This document shows, one piece after another, positions 1 to 13,631 of a DNA stretch of 64,000 bases. The stretch covers positions 73,470,001 through 73,534,000 of the forward strand of contig NC_043004.1 of NCBI RefSeq assembly GCF_006345805.1, written 5' to 3'. Under the pieces are notes generated by a model that saw only the letters and a program-made list of their open reading frames with translations, was not told where the DNA came from and made no database searches. A program made the translations under genes and the position numbers. This stretch comes from Octopus sinensis. Taxonomy: Eukaryota. How positions within the stretch are numbered: the stretch's first letter is position 1; each line of letters starts with the position of its first letter.

Positions 1-113
1 GTCGACCCGAGGCTATAGTAGAAGACACTTGCCCAAGGTGCCACGCAGTGTGACTGAACTTGGAACTATGTGGTTGGGAAGCAAGCTTCTTACCACACAG
101 CCACTCCTGCGCC
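1..113 (-). mobile_element. SINE family A, 5' part (cut by window edge)
   Basis: Matches the head of the copy at 17760. Confidence 0.85.
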
Positions 114-448
114 TGGCTCAGGATTAGTGCGTCGGGCTCACAATCATAAAGTAGTGAGTTCGATTCCCGGACCGAGCTGTGTGTTGTGTTCTTGAGAAAG
201 ATGCTTTAATATACTTTGCCCTAGTTCACTCAGCTGCAGAAATGAGTTGCAATGTCACTGGTGCCAAGCTGTATCGGCCCCTTTACTTTTCCCTTCGATA
301 ACACTGGTGGCGTGGAGAGGGGAGACCAATATGCATAGGCGACTGCTGGTCTTCTACAAACAGCCTTTCCCGGACTTATGTCTAAGAAAGGAACCCTTTA
401 GGTGCAATCCCATGGTCATTTATGACCCAAGGGGGCTTTACCCCTTAC
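109..448 (+). mobile_element. SINE family C variant
   Basis: tRNA-like head with B box GAGTTCGATTCCC and TGTGTTCTTGAG core; different tail from the other C copies. Confidence 0.75.
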
Positions 449-462
449 CCTTTATAGTGGAC

Positions 463-677
463 AAGGCGGCGAGTTGGCAGAATCATTAGCACGCCAGGCA
501 AAATGCTTAGCGATATTTCGTTTCTCCTTACGTTCTGAGTTTAAACTCCACCGAGGTCGACTTTGCCTTTCATTCTTTCGGGGGTTGATAAAATAAGTAG
601 TAGTTGACCACCGAGGTCGATGTAATCAACTAGTTCCCTCTCCCGGAATTTCAGGCTTTGCGCCTATAGCAGAAAGT
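463..677 (+). mobile_element. SINE family B with 9-bp TSD TATAGTGGA
   Basis: AAGGCGGCGAG..GGCAGAA head, GACTTTGCCTTTCAT.CTTTCGGGG core; TSD at 453-461 and 686-694. Confidence 0.85.
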
Positions 678-1398
678 ATATTTTATATAGTGGAGAGCAG
701 AGTGTGCAGAAAAATATGCATCTCAGTTGGAAGATTTAAAATATAAATCTTGTGATATTAGCTCCTCCCATGATATATTAAGTCTGTTCGAAGCTCTAGA
801 TTTAATAGATCAAACGTACATCATTATCATATCTAGTAGAGACAGAGAAATAACAGCCAAATCTCCTTCAAATCAAAATCAACCGAATCTCCTTCAAAAC
901 ATAAATTCTTTTGTAAAGACACACCGGATAAGGAGTCATAGCTACACAGTATCGAATAAAAGTCTCCTTTAAGGCTTCATTCTAGCAGCAATCGCCATAT
1001 TGCATGCGTTGGTACGTATTCTGGCCAGGTGTTGCACAATAAATGCACATATAAGGAGAAATGCTTGATAAACACTCAGTGTTTATGCTACTTAACATTT
1101 TTTCACACATCCCTAAATCCATAGACAACGGAACACACACAGCTGGACACGAAGACGTGCAATTACGGAAGAATAAAAACACAAAAAGTACACATATATA
1201 TACAACAACAGAATCAGACATATATACACAAACATACACACATATCTGCTTACATACGGGTATGTGTATATAATACTTCCACGCAGCGATAAATAGACAA
1301 ACAGCTATTACATTGCTATGCAAGCATAGTTTTTGCTAATGTATTTTAGGTGTATATACATATGTGTATATAGAAATACATACCACATGCATGCATAT

Positions 1399-1452
<54 letters not shown>

Positions 1453-1540
1453 TGTGTGTGTGTGTGTGTGCGTATGCGTACATCTTCATATACACACATA
1501 CATATGTATACATCTGTAAATATATGCTTATACATAGACT

Positions 1541-1571
<31 letters not shown>

Positions 1572-1830
1572 GCACCTACAGATGTGTGTGTGTGTGTGTG
1601 CGTGTGCAATTATTTGCGTCTTATATAAGTGGAGATTAAGTGCATGTTCGTGCATTTGACTGCAAATGTCAACAGAGGTCAGATGGTTCACTAGGGAGCT
1701 TTCGTAATTCGATCCCTCGTTATGTTAATCAATGCTCTTTAAAATATGCAAGTGCATGTCTACCTGCATGAGTCTCACACTCTTTCTCTTTCTTTCCTCC
1801 TTTCTCTCTCTCTCTCTATCTCTCTCTCTC

Positions 1831-1870
<40 letters not shown>

Positions 1871-2179
1871 GAGAAAGAGAGAGAAAGAAGCCTCGTCTAT
1901 CTCTCTCCTGTGCAAGTATCTTTCCCTTGTCCCTGTCGCTCTCCTCTCCGCCCGCCCTTAATTAATTTCCCTCTTTCCTCCACTCACATTACATGCCTGT
2001 TCCTCTTTTCTTCCTCTGTTTCTGCTTTTCCTCCTCCTCCTCTGATCTTTATTCGCTATCGACGTTGTCGTCTGCTCACTGCACTTGTAACCATGTAGTC
2101 TCGAGACCAAAACAGTGAAACAAAAACAAGCTCACTCACACACACACACACACACACACAACACACACACACACAACAC

Positions 2180-2237
<58 letters not shown>

Positions 2238-2255
2238 ACAAACACAAATTACAAC

Positions 2256-2296
2256 ATGGCGCTGTGTCGCTGTAGGAACGGATGTGTCACCACATT
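2256..2296 (+). CDS. Candidate first coding exon of an unidentified plus-strand gene (MALCRCRNGCVTT..., phase-2 intron)
   Basis: acaacATGGCG start context, 41 coding nt, then a consensus GTAAGT donor at 2297. Preceded by a CT-rich tract and a CpG-containing unique segment (1880-2110). No downstream exon identified. Confidence 0.35.
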
Positions 2297-2348
2297 GTAA
2301 GTCGTATCATATAAAAGATATAGATAATACTTAATACACACACACGCG

Positions 2349-2388
<40 letters not shown>

Positions 2389-3782
2389 ACACACACACAC
2401 ATATATATTGTCATTCACTGGAAGTTATCATCAAATTACTATTTTTAAGATATCATAAATAAAAGACATTACGAAGTCATATTATATACTACAGAACTTC
2501 ACTGATAATTAATTAAAAATTATAAGAAACTTATTAAACGAAAGCTACAAAAGCACATCTGCTTGATCCTCAATGAAATGTTTTTCCAGAATTATTTCTA
2601 TGATTTATACTCATATAAGGAAGATCTGGCTCTTCACCGAAGCTTCTACGTTTTATCAGATCTATTGAATTAGTTTAAATCCCGCTCGAGTCTATACACT
2701 TTCATTTATTCCCTCAGTCTTAAAGAACATGATTAATATTAGGAGAATCATCGTAGCTGCCTGTTTTACAAACACTTCTGAAGGTCTTAAACACTTGTCA
2801 GTAATCCAATTAATTGATACAGAGAAGGAAGAAACGCATGGAAGATGGATGGAGGTTGAGAAAGAGAGGGAGTTAGAGAGAAGGAGCAAGAGAGAGGGGA
2901 GTAAGAGAAAGAGGGAGTGGGTGCGATAGAGAAGAAGGAGTTTGAAGAGAGATTGAGAGATGAAGTATAATGGTGGTTATGCTTCGTGCTGAGGAGAAAA
3001 GTCAACTGATCACGGATGCTTGTATGCCATGAGTCTTTGCAGTAAGGAACTGTAAACATCAAGCATCTCTCACTGGTATAAAGCAAGCAGGCAGGCAGGT
3101 AAATAAGCAGGTAAATAGGCAGGTAGACATGCAGGTGTTTATGATGGGCAACAGCGTTAAATAAAAAATAATTCAACTTTTCTGTGGTGCCTCTGATTTC
3201 AGTGAGGAAGTTAAGTGCCCATGGCAAGTGACAGAATTCGAACCACCCAGATTTTGATAGTTACCCGCTACCCTACTCACACAGTCATTTGGGATTTCAA
3301 ACAAAGTGTTAAGTGAAATGAAGATAGATATTGCAAACGTTTGGAAAGGTAGACATAGTTCAAACAGGACAGAGAAATGGCTTACAGAGTTAAAACAAGA
3401 AGAGGTAAAGGATAGACTGGGGGATAAGCCATAAAAATCTTCCATATTTCGAGCATTGACGGTTTATTTCGGTTAGCTAGATATTTAGACAATGAAATAT
3501 ATATACGGACTGTCAACTTTAATTCACCTGAACAAATTATGAAACAGCGGGAGTCAAAAGAAAATCTACTCTGCATTCAGTGAACCAAATGAATCAAGCT
3601 TTCAACCAGTGTTGAACAATATCGTCTGCTCCAATCATTTCAGAAGTCATATTTCATTTTACTTAAGCACACCACTAAGCACATACACACGTCCAATTAC
3701 AAACATTTACACATATACGCTTAAGCTAGGTCTCCAAACGCATACACACAAAATTATTTACATCACACACACACACACAGAG

Positions 3783-3826
<44 letters not shown>

Positions 3827-4317
3827 TTTTTCGTACACAAAGATGGTTTTCTTATACCCTCTCTTTTCTCTAGTAGTGTACTTAGTATATTACACATTTC
3901 CTCCTTCCCTATGTCCTCCGAACTCTCAATTGACTTTAACGACAGTGAACCATGCATTATAAATGTGCCGTCTGATGTAATCACCAATCTGTAATATATG
4001 CAACTTGTGTGGTATTCTCTAAATTCGAAGCTTTGCATTCTAACGAAAGTATCCTTGTGACAACAACACGTGTGATGGGAAGAAGGGAAGAACAGAGAGG
4101 AAGTTACGAAATATAAAGTAATAAATGCTCATTTACAACTATTTATAGTTTATTGCAGAAGTTATAAAATGCTGCTAATCACCCAGTGACAGGAGTTTGT
4201 ACTGCCAGTTCAATTCTTGCCTGGGTCTTTCATTTCTCGAATTTGGTACTTTGTTTAACCGTAAACAGTACACAGCTAACTAGACTAACTTTCGGTCATT
4301 CTCTAAAAATAATTTTA

Positions 4318-4704
4318 GTAGGTATGGCTGTGTGGTTAAGCAGCCCGCTTTGTAAGCATGTAGTTTCGGGTTCGGTGCCGCTGTGCATCATCTTGACAAG
4401 TGTCTTCTATCATAGCCTGGATCCTTGCGTGTGAATTTAGTTGACGGAAACTGTGTGGAAGCCTGTCATATATATGCGTGTTTGTGTGTGCGCGCGCGTG
4501 TGTGTATTTTCGTGTTTATACTTCCACCACTTGAGAACCGGTGTTAATTTTTTTCATATCACCGTACCCTAGCGCTTCGGCAAAAGCTGTCGATAAAATA
4601 CGTTTCAGACTATTTATTAAAAAATAAAAGAACTAAACTAAAACTTTTCAAGGCTGTGCCCCAGCATGGACGCTGTCCAATGACTGAAACATGTAAAAGA
4701 TAAA
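4318..4704 (+). mobile_element. SINE family A, diverged copy
   Basis: Degenerate head, GACGGAAACTG, (TG)n core and ATGACTGAAAC tail. Confidence 0.75.
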
Positions 4705-5518
4705 TAATTTCACTACAATATAATTTTGTCTAAGTAACATACCAGCAAATGCAAAACCAAAAAGATCTCCCAAAATAATAATAAAAAAAAAGTAACAACC
4801 AGTACAGAGCAAACCAGTCAACGTTATGACTATTTAGGTAGCCTAAGGGATTTCTGGAATAAAGTCCCACCCAGTATTATGCCTGTCGCATATTCCTTTA
4901 CATCTTTCCCTTGCTAACATTTCTCCCCTTTCGTTTCTTACTCTGAAGAATTCGCTTCGCCAACCTATTCGCTCTACTAAACCCAAACGTTGTTAGATGA
5001 ATGTTGCGTCGATTTTTGCTGTTTGTTACTCTTGCCAGAGGCAGAAACACAAGCAGTGGAGAAGTAAAGAAAATAATGAAGCTAAAAGATTGAGAAGAGA
5101 AAGAGAAAGAAAACGATTGGGAGGAAGGCAAGAAAGGAGAATGGAAAAGTTTTCTTTTTACATGACCTTTGTAAGCCTTCGCAGAAAAAAAATATGGACG
5201 CGAAGAGAGAGAGGGAGAGAGAGAGAGAAAGAGAGAGAGTACGTCAAACGGGAAAACGATCATGCATCGCATATATACGTACATACTGACAGACAGACGG
5301 GCAAATAGGCATACGTGCATGTATATAGATTCCATCATTCATCGAAAGTGAGGCATATACACACACACACACACACACATGAGTGAGTGGACGAACGAAA
5401 GAAAAGGGCACTCAACACATTTTCTAGGAGTTACATCTATTATTTAAAACAGTTTGATTCGGTTCCGTGCTGCTCCAAGTTTCACAGACCCCCTAACGGG
5501 ACCACGATTGTTTTAAAT

Positions 5519-5878
5519 AATAAGAAGCGCATTCAGAGACCGCAAACCAAGGCAACACCAACGCCCTCTCAACGCCGGAGATGATTTTTAAAATGAGAAT
5601 GTCTGAAATAAACTCGACTGCTCTCATAAACGAGAATACTAAAAATGAACCCGACCACTCTCAAAACATTAAGTTAAAAAAATCAGGAAAACTAATCCAG
5701 TATCCTTGTCCGGTACTGGATCGATCCCAAAGTCTAATTAGTCCGTGCCAGTCACGAGGCCAAACATCCCTAAAAGTTTCATTGGAATCCATCCAGCGGT
5801 TCTTGGGATATCTTGTCCACGGACAAACAAACACGACTGAAAAAACAATACCTCCGCCTTCACTAAGGAGGAGGTAAT
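5519..5878 (+). mobile_element. Helentron-associated (HINE/DINE-1-like) non-autonomous element
   Basis: Core AAAGTTTCATTGGAATCCATCCAGCGGTTCTTGGGATATC, a short (ACAA)n, and a 3' stem-loop TACCTCCGCCTT-cact-AAGGAGGAGGTA. Confidence 0.6.
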
Positions 5879-5884
5879 GATATA

Positions 5885-6060
5885 TTTTCTATTTTAGGCA
5901 CAAGGCCTAAAATTGTGGGGAAGGAGGATAGTCGATTAGTGTTTCATTGGTGCTTAATTTGTCGAGCCCCAAAAGATAAAACAACAAAGTCGACCTCGGC
6001 GGAATTTGAATTCAGAACGTAAAGACGAATGAAATACCGCTAAGCATTTCGTCTAGCGTA
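5885..6060 (-). mobile_element. SINE family B
   Basis: AAAGTCGACCTCGGCGGAATTTGAA core, reverse. Confidence 0.8.
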
Positions 6061-6154
6061 CAACAACAACAACAACAACACAGCAACAGCAACAGCAGCT
6101 ACAACAACAACAACAACAACTACAATTATAATAATTATTATAATAATAATAATA

Positions 6155-6692
6155 AATGTCCTGGTGCAGTACCAGGCAGTGGCTCTCATGGTTTCTCATC
6201 TTAACTGACATTGTTTTATCTTGCTATAAAAGATGGGCTACAGCAAATATTCTGCTCAATACCACAGATTTACTTGTCAGTTGTTTGACCTTAACAAGTT
6301 AAGCATGTCCCTTAGTGGCTGAAGATACGTGCATCTCTGATCACGAGTAGATGTAATTGGGGAACATCATAGCCATGTGTTGAGAGGAATTATTTGGAGT
6401 TTGAATAATTCACCTTTGGAAACATGGGTGTTTCGTTCAACATCTTTAAATAACTCTTATTCAGGGACCGTTTGAGCGGGATGGACTACTCGACCTGAAG
6501 AAAATTCTAACTGGGCCCCTCCTGCAAGGTCATGCACTGTTTATCTTGATATGGGATCACCATGTCGCGCACACATGGTTGTGATGCATGTGCCTGGTGT
6601 ATCCTTATCAAACGGGTAGTGATGATGAGTATACTGGACTTCGTATATTTTACCCCAATGTCATTTTGATGGCATGTGCTGTTCTCTCATTC
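6155..6692. mobile_element. Unclassified ~540-bp interspersed element bounded by (AAT)n on both sides
   Basis: Complex sequence with sharp boundaries against (AAT)n at 6135-6154 and 6693-6701; no ORF recognised. Confidence 0.5.
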
Positions 6693-6701
6693 AATAATAA
6701 T

Positions 6702-6995
6702 GTTTGTCGTTGTTTGTTCCTTCTCGAGCCACGCCTGGTTTCCCGGTCTCCTTGGCGTATAGGTTCCCCACCTGGACGGGACGCCGGTCCGTCGCATGTG
6801 AGCTGCAAGATGCAGGAAAGAGTGAGAGAAAGTTGTGGCCAAAGAGTCAGCAGAAGTTCGTCATTACCTTCTGCCGGAGCCGCGTGGAGCTTAGGTGTTT
6901 CGCTCATAAACACACACATCGCCCGGTCTGAGATTCGAACCCGCGATCCCTCGACTGCGAGTTCACTGCTTTAGCCACTATGCCATGTGCCTCCA
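6702..6995 (-). mobile_element. SINE family D (tRNA-Arg-like head)
   Basis: GGAGGCACATGGCATAGTGG..ACTCGC..GGGTTCGAATCTC; CAATAATAAT duplicated on both sides. Confidence 0.85.
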
Positions 6996-7013
6996 CCAAT
7001 AATAATAATAATA

Positions 7014-7058
<45 letters not shown>

Positions 7059-7733
7059 GAAGAAGAAGAAGAAGAATGTGTGTATGTGTGTTTCATAGAC
7101 ATATTCTCTGCACAAACCATGCCTACTATAATAATATTCATGTAGGTTGTTCGGTAAACCTGCACGAAAACCATGACACTTTCTTCATAAATCTGAAGGC
7201 GATAGGGGAAAAGGCGGCGTAGACGAGTAGAAGATGCTACTGGAAGGCGATGGTTGTTCGTCTTTCACTGACATGGTGCAGATATGTATATCGTAGCCTC
7301 CTATGGACACGGCAAAGCATTGAACTCAGAACAATGTGTAGCTGTGTCTTGCTGAACCCTGATTCATCGATACGTTGATAGAGTGCATACAAAAATGCAT
7401 AGACATCTATCCATCCATCCATCCATCCATACAGACAGACAGACAGACAGAAAGACAGACAGACAGGCAGACAGGCAGACTATCAAAGTTGCGATATTTA
7501 ATAAATCAGTTTCCTTGTATAAATGTCTTTGCATATTGATAGAATCTAAACTGTTCGATAACGAACCGTTTTTCAATATTGTGCACGTTTCCCACCACAG
7601 TAACAGCTCTGTGTAGCGAGATGTGTGGCGATTTACGTCTTGCCAATATTCTTTTATCAGTGAGCATGCGTGCGTGAGTGCGCGCGCGCGTAGTCTTTTA
7701 ATCTTGCCGATAGGAGATTCCATGCATGTTTTT

Positions 7734-7933
7734 CTCTTTTACTTCGTTACTTGTTTCCGTCATTTGACTGTGGCCATGCTGGAGCACCGCCTTTAGTCGA
7801 CCAAATCGCCCCAGGACTTATTCTTTGTAAGCCTAGTACTTATTTTATAGGTCTCTTTTGCCGAACCGCTAAGTTACGGGGACGTAAACACACCAGCATC
7901 GGTTGTCAAGCGATGTTGGGGGGACAAACACAG

Positions 7934-7968
<35 letters not shown>

Positions 7969-8118
7969 CGACGGGCTTCTTTCAGTTTCCGTCTACCAAA
8001 TCCACTCACAAGGCTTTGGTCGGCCCGAGGCTATAGTAGAAGACACTTGCCCAAGGTGCCATGGAGTGGGACTGAACCCGGAACCATGTGGCTGGTAAGC
8101 AAGCTACTTACCACACAG
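7734..8118 (-). mobile_element. SINE family A
   Basis: Near-complete reverse copy. Confidence 0.9.
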
Positions 8119-8866
8119 TAGAAGACAATATTTCGACTTCACATAAAGGACTTCAACTACAAAGTCGTTTGGGTTCTGTTCATTGTTTCCATCTGTAATT
8201 TTCCCGTCCTACTGCACGGTGTGGTCCTTCCCTTTTTTTCCCTTATTTCTCCATCATCTCGCTTGTGGTCTTCTCTTTACCACAAGCGAAAACAGACAAG
8301 CATTATCATGGAATTTAAAGAGACAAATAGTCAACTAAACGGACAGATAGCTTATGTAATGTTGAAAAGAAAAGCAGTTGTCTGCAAATAGTAAGAGAAA
8401 AACGAATTGAGGGTCTCTTTGTCATCGTCACCATTGCTGTATATTATTTAGCTCCGGTCAGTTCCGATCGAGGAGACTCATAATTAAAGACATTCCTGTC
8501 GTGACCATCACGTTTTATATCATGTGCTAGGAATCCATTACTATCTTATGACAGGTCTCTTTTTCTAAGACATTGGGGGCGTGATATGAAGGATAATTGA
8601 CTGCTATTTCTAGCAGCTCGGGTGGGAACATAGATACTCTAACGTGGGTCCTTGTTGATGTTGCTATTGTTTTTGTTGTATTGGTAGCGGCGGCGGTGGT
8701 AAGAGTAGCGACCCCTCACTCACGCCGTTACCCATATAAAGAAACCAAAATAGACCCAGTCATAATACCACAACCATCTTCTTGGTTGGTAGATGTAAAT
8801 AAACGGATGTATGTAAACATATATACATACGTACACCACACATGCACACACACACACACGTAAAGG

Positions 8867-8988
<122 letters not shown>

Positions 8989-9159
8989 TGCCTGTTTGTT
9001 ATTAGTATATACATATATATATATGACGATTAATGTCGAGTCGGAATACAAAACAAACATTGAAAAGGGGAACCCCCCAAACAGCTACAAACGTCTCCGT
9101 AACAACTAAGCCCCAAACAGCTTCATATAAACAACTGGAGGAATGAAAACCGTTCTTTT

Positions 9160-9201
<42 letters not shown>

Positions 9202-9789
9202 AGAAAAATATACAGAGAGACTTCTACTCACACAACAGTCTCACGCTTTTACATTTTCACACACAAACACGCATGCATGAACACTGTAGGGTTGCGTCTC
9301 CCATATTTAGAACGGTTAGTTTCTGCAAAAGAGGCTAATGAATCTAACAGCCGAGTCGGGCAAAGAGCATGGAGAGAATGGTACGGGTGGGCCCCTTCTT
9401 GTCGTATTATAGTAATGGTGGTGGTGGTGGTGGTGGTGGAAGTGAATGCAGTGGTAGTGGTTATTGCTGCAGTGGTAAGAGTTGCCAATTATGGTGGTGG
9501 CCGTGATAATTTTGTTGATGGTGTAGTTCGAGGTGGCAGTGGCTGTGGTTACGGTGCTAGTACTACAAGTGGTGGTGTTTGTATAAGCTCTGGCTTTCGG
9601 GGTTTGGGGAGTGGGTTGTGAGGTTGGAATTCATGGTGACAGTAGAGGTGATGGTGGTGGTGGTGGTGGTGAGGATATTAGATTCTGTGTTAGCCGTAGT
9701 AGCTGTGACGGCCGTAGTTTTCTAGTTTAGCTCAAGGTCTTAACTAAAGGAACAGGCCTAGGATGAAACGTGTTTCAGTTTTATCTATT

Positions 9790-10060
9790 ACTCTTTTATT
9801 TGTTTCAGTCATTGGAATATGGCCATGCTGGAGCCTTGAAGAATTTTAGTCGAATCAATAGACTCCAGTACTTATTTATTTATTTATTTTTTAAGCTTGT
9901 TACTTATTCTGCCAGTCACTTTTGCAGAACTGCTAAGTTATGGGAACGGAATCACACCAACACCGGTCGTCAAGCAGTGGTGTGAGAACAACCTCAGAAA
10001 CAAAGACGCGCGCGCGCACACACACACACACATATAAATATATATATATATATATATATA

Positions 10061-10107
<47 letters not shown>

Positions 10108-10184
10108 ATGTAATGGCCCCATGACTACCGTCTATTCCATAACTTGGAGACCTAGGACCATTTGTAAACTAAACCACCATACTT

Positions 10185-10227
<43 letters not shown>

Positions 10228-10375
10228 GATAGGCTTTTCTCAGTTTCTGTCTACTCACAAGGCTTTGGTCGGCCGGAGGATATAGTAGAAGACACTTATC
10301 CAGTGTCATGCAGTGGGTGTGAATCTGTAACCCTGTGATTGGGATGCAAACTTCTTACCACACAGCCAAGCCTTC
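9790..10375 (-). mobile_element. SINE family A with ~85-bp insert in its internal (TA)n
   Basis: Reverse copy; unique insert at ~10103-10188. Confidence 0.8.
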
Positions 10376-10525
10376 CTTATAACTTTTTCTCTCGATCGTT
10401 GCGTATAAAGACAAAAGTGTAATATAAGGACAATTTGGTTACTATCTCTGAGTTTCCATTATACATGCATACATACATACATACATACATACATACATAC
10501 ATACATCCATACATACATACATACA

Positions 10526-10559
<34 letters not shown>

Positions 10560-10619
10560 CACATATCCACACACACACACACACACATATAAAAGGAAAA
10601 CCCAGGTGGGGTTCAAAAT

Positions 10620-10699
10620 TCTCAACAGCTCTTTCGGTAGCATTTTACTGATGCATTCTTAGATTACATCATGATAAAATCCCACCATCGTCAGGTAAA
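10620..10699 (-). ncRNA. Candidate type-I hammerhead ribozyme (canonical core)
   Basis: CTGACGA-T-GGTGGGATTTTA...TAAAATGCTACC-GAAA-GAGCTG-TT; long stem II, weak stem I. Confidence 0.5.
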
Positions 10700-10768
10700 T
10701 TTTAAACATATAAACAGGAAAGGTAGAAATAGGAAGAGACGAGTTCACCAACAATCATGATAAACAAA

Positions 10769-11093
10769 TGTTCAAATTCCGCCGAGGTCGGCTTTGCCTT
10801 TCATCCTTTCGGGTCCATTAAATAAGTACCAGTTACACACTGGCGTCGATATGATCGACTTAATCCGTTTGTCTGTCCTTGTTTGTCCCCGTTGTGTTTA
10901 GCCCCTTGTGGGTAGTAAAGAAATAGGTATTTCGTCTGTCTTTACGTTCTGAGTTAAATTCCACTGAGATCGACTTTGCTTTTCATCCTTTCGGAGTCGA
11001 TAAATTAAGTATCAGTTGTGTACTGGGGTCGATCTAATCAGCTGGCCCCCTCACCCAAAATTTCGGGTCTTTTGCCTAGAGTGGAAAAGAATA
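10769..11093 (+). mobile_element. SINE family B tandem dimer (two different tails)
   Basis: Body-tail2-body-tail1 with junction AAAGAAATAGGTATTTCG. Confidence 0.85.
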
Positions 11094-11403
11094 TTTTCGA
11101 GGTCTCAGTCTTCCTATTCTGCTCATTTCCACGGTAATATATTTTTATTTTCCTATCAAATATTTGTTTCGTGGTCTCAGGCTTTGCTTGTCTCTCACTG
11201 GTATGGAAAAATTATGTAAATATAAGCAGGGTCTAGTGACTGCAAAGTCTAGTAAGAATGCAAATGCGTATACTCTGAGTATCCGTATGGATTTCTGTGC
11301 ATCATATATAGTTTTGATGATATTCATCAAGCATTTTACACACAGAGACAGAGACACAGATATGCGTATATATTTATGTGTGTATGTGTATGTGTACGTA
11401 TGC

Positions 11404-11467
<64 letters not shown>

Positions 11468-12269
11468 TTGTGTGTGTGTGTCTGTGTGCATGAGTGTGTG
11501 CATGTCTGTGTGCGTGCGTGAGTGTGTGTGTGTATGTGTGTGAATATATGTATTCATGTAGATCGGTAGGTGATTATTAGTAAAACAAATATTATTAGAT
11601 TATTAGTAAAACTCTAAAGAGTAATGGACTTATTTGCAAGTTCTCTGTAGACGCGCGCGCGCACATACACACACACACACAGATACACATTCACACACAT
11701 TCACACACACGGGGTGGTGCTCTTTATTTGATTATTTAGCCCTGTAGTGAGTCCCTGTTAGCCTCCTTAAGTAAGTTGTTAGCTCACATTAAACACACAT
11801 CACAAACACACAAGCACACAAACAAACACACACACACACACACATACACGCATATAAACACAAACATACATTTGCGCGTGCTGATGATGATTGCCCGGAT
11901 GTTTCAGTAATGGCGGCACACTACAAAGATGTGTGTAAAACGTTTCATTAATAACACAGTTTTGATCGTTCTAACACACTTCACGCTGCGGTTCTGCCCC
12001 AAACATTGAAAGCCGGGTTTGGCGGATTGCGCATATCCTCGATACACTGACTTGTGTGGCAAATAAAGCATGGGTTGATAAGAAAGCCGACAGTAAATAC
12101 AGTAGCATCTTAGATTGTTTGGACATCCCAGTTATAGCCATGCTGGAGCAATGTTTTTAAAGTTGAATTTTTGTCTTTTGTTTATGTGTTTGCGCATGGC
12201 CAAGAATGTAGCTTTTTTGTTGTTTTCTTTGTATATGTGTGAATGAATTTCTATTTGTACGAATAATTA

Positions 12270-12400
12270 ACGGTTCGGCAAAAGAGACCGATAGAATAAA
12301 TACTAGGCTTACAAAGAATAAGTCATGGGGTCGATTTCCTCGACTAAAGGCGGTGCTCCAGCATGGCCACAATCAAATGACTGAAACAAGTAAATAAGTA
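12270..12400 (+). mobile_element. SINE family A, 3' half
   Basis: CGGTTCGGCAAAAGAGACCG...ATGACTGAAACAAG. Confidence 0.85.
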
Positions 12401-12439
12401 AATGAGAAATGAGATACATGATTGTAAGTGTATACATAC

Positions 12440-12837
12440 TCTCTTTTACTCTCTCTTTTACTTGTTTCCGTCAGTTGACTGCGGCCATGCTGGAGCACCG
12501 CCTTTAGTCAAGCAACTCGATCCCGGAACTTATTCTTTGTAAGCCCAGTACTTATTCTATCGGTCTCTTTTGCCGAACCGCTAGATTACGGGGACATAAA
12601 CACACCAGCATCGGTTGTCAAGCAATGCTAGGAAGACAAACACAGACACACAAACATACACGCACACATATATACATATATACGACGGGCTTCTTTCAGT
12701 TTCCGTCTACCAAATCCACTCACAAGGCTTTGGTCGGCCCAAGGCTATAGTAGAAGACACTTGCCCAAAGTGCCATGCAGTGATACTGAACCCGGAACCA
12801 TGTGGCTGATAAGCAAGCTACTTACCACACAGCCACT
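12440..12837 (-). mobile_element. SINE family A
   Basis: Near-complete reverse copy. Confidence 0.9.
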
Positions 12838-12856
12838 AGGACACACACATACACAA

Positions 12857-12922
<66 letters not shown>

Positions 12923-12952
12923 GATGTGAAGTTCTTTTCATATTCCTTCTCA

Positions 12953-13168
12953 TAAGGCGGCCTGCTGGCAGAAATGTTAGCACACCGGGCGAAATGCTAA
13001 GGCGGTATTTCGTCTGTCTTTATGTTCTGAGTTCAAATTCCGCCGAAGTCGATTTTGCCTTTCATCTTTTCGGGGTCGATAAATTAAGTGCCTGTCGCGT
13101 ACTGGGATCGATCTAATCGACTGGCCCCCTCCCCTAAAATTTCGGGCCTTGTGCCTAGAATAGAAAAG
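12953..13168 (+). mobile_element. SINE family B (tail 1)
   Basis: Full copy ending CCCTAAAATTTCGGGCCTTGTGCCTAG..AGAAAAG. Confidence 0.88.
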
Positions 13169-13631
13169 TATATATATGTTCCTTCTCAGGATAACTGTCG
13201 ACCATTGACATCCAGCTCTTCCCTGTGACTCCACAAACGGATCTGTGTAACAAATACACCATCTCCTTATTCGAAGTGTATTGACCATCGGTGGTCGAGT
13301 TTCAGCACCGTTGAGAAATGCGTTCCTCGGCGCACGCGTAGGCACTTAGATTACCTTGGTCAGCCTGTTGCCTCTAACAACCAACTGCCCGCTCACCTTG
13401 TAGTAGTTTTAATATTAGTGGTAGCGATGATGATTTCTCACAAGGCATATTTGAGGATTGGTGGAAGTGTAGTACATTGTGTTCGCTCCAGTACTTAACT
13501 GCTAATGTATTCGACCGATTGCAGGAAGATTAAAATCAAAGATGAGATTGATGTAATTCGAACTCAGGCTATATACAGACAGAAATATATACCACGTGGT
13601 GTCCCACCAATTCTCTAAATTAAGTACTATA

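Noticed and set aside
13190-13400. Unique GC-balanced segment after a CTTCTCAG acceptor-like site
   Set aside because: Stops in all plus frames and no netrin similarity on minus; probably an old TE fragment.
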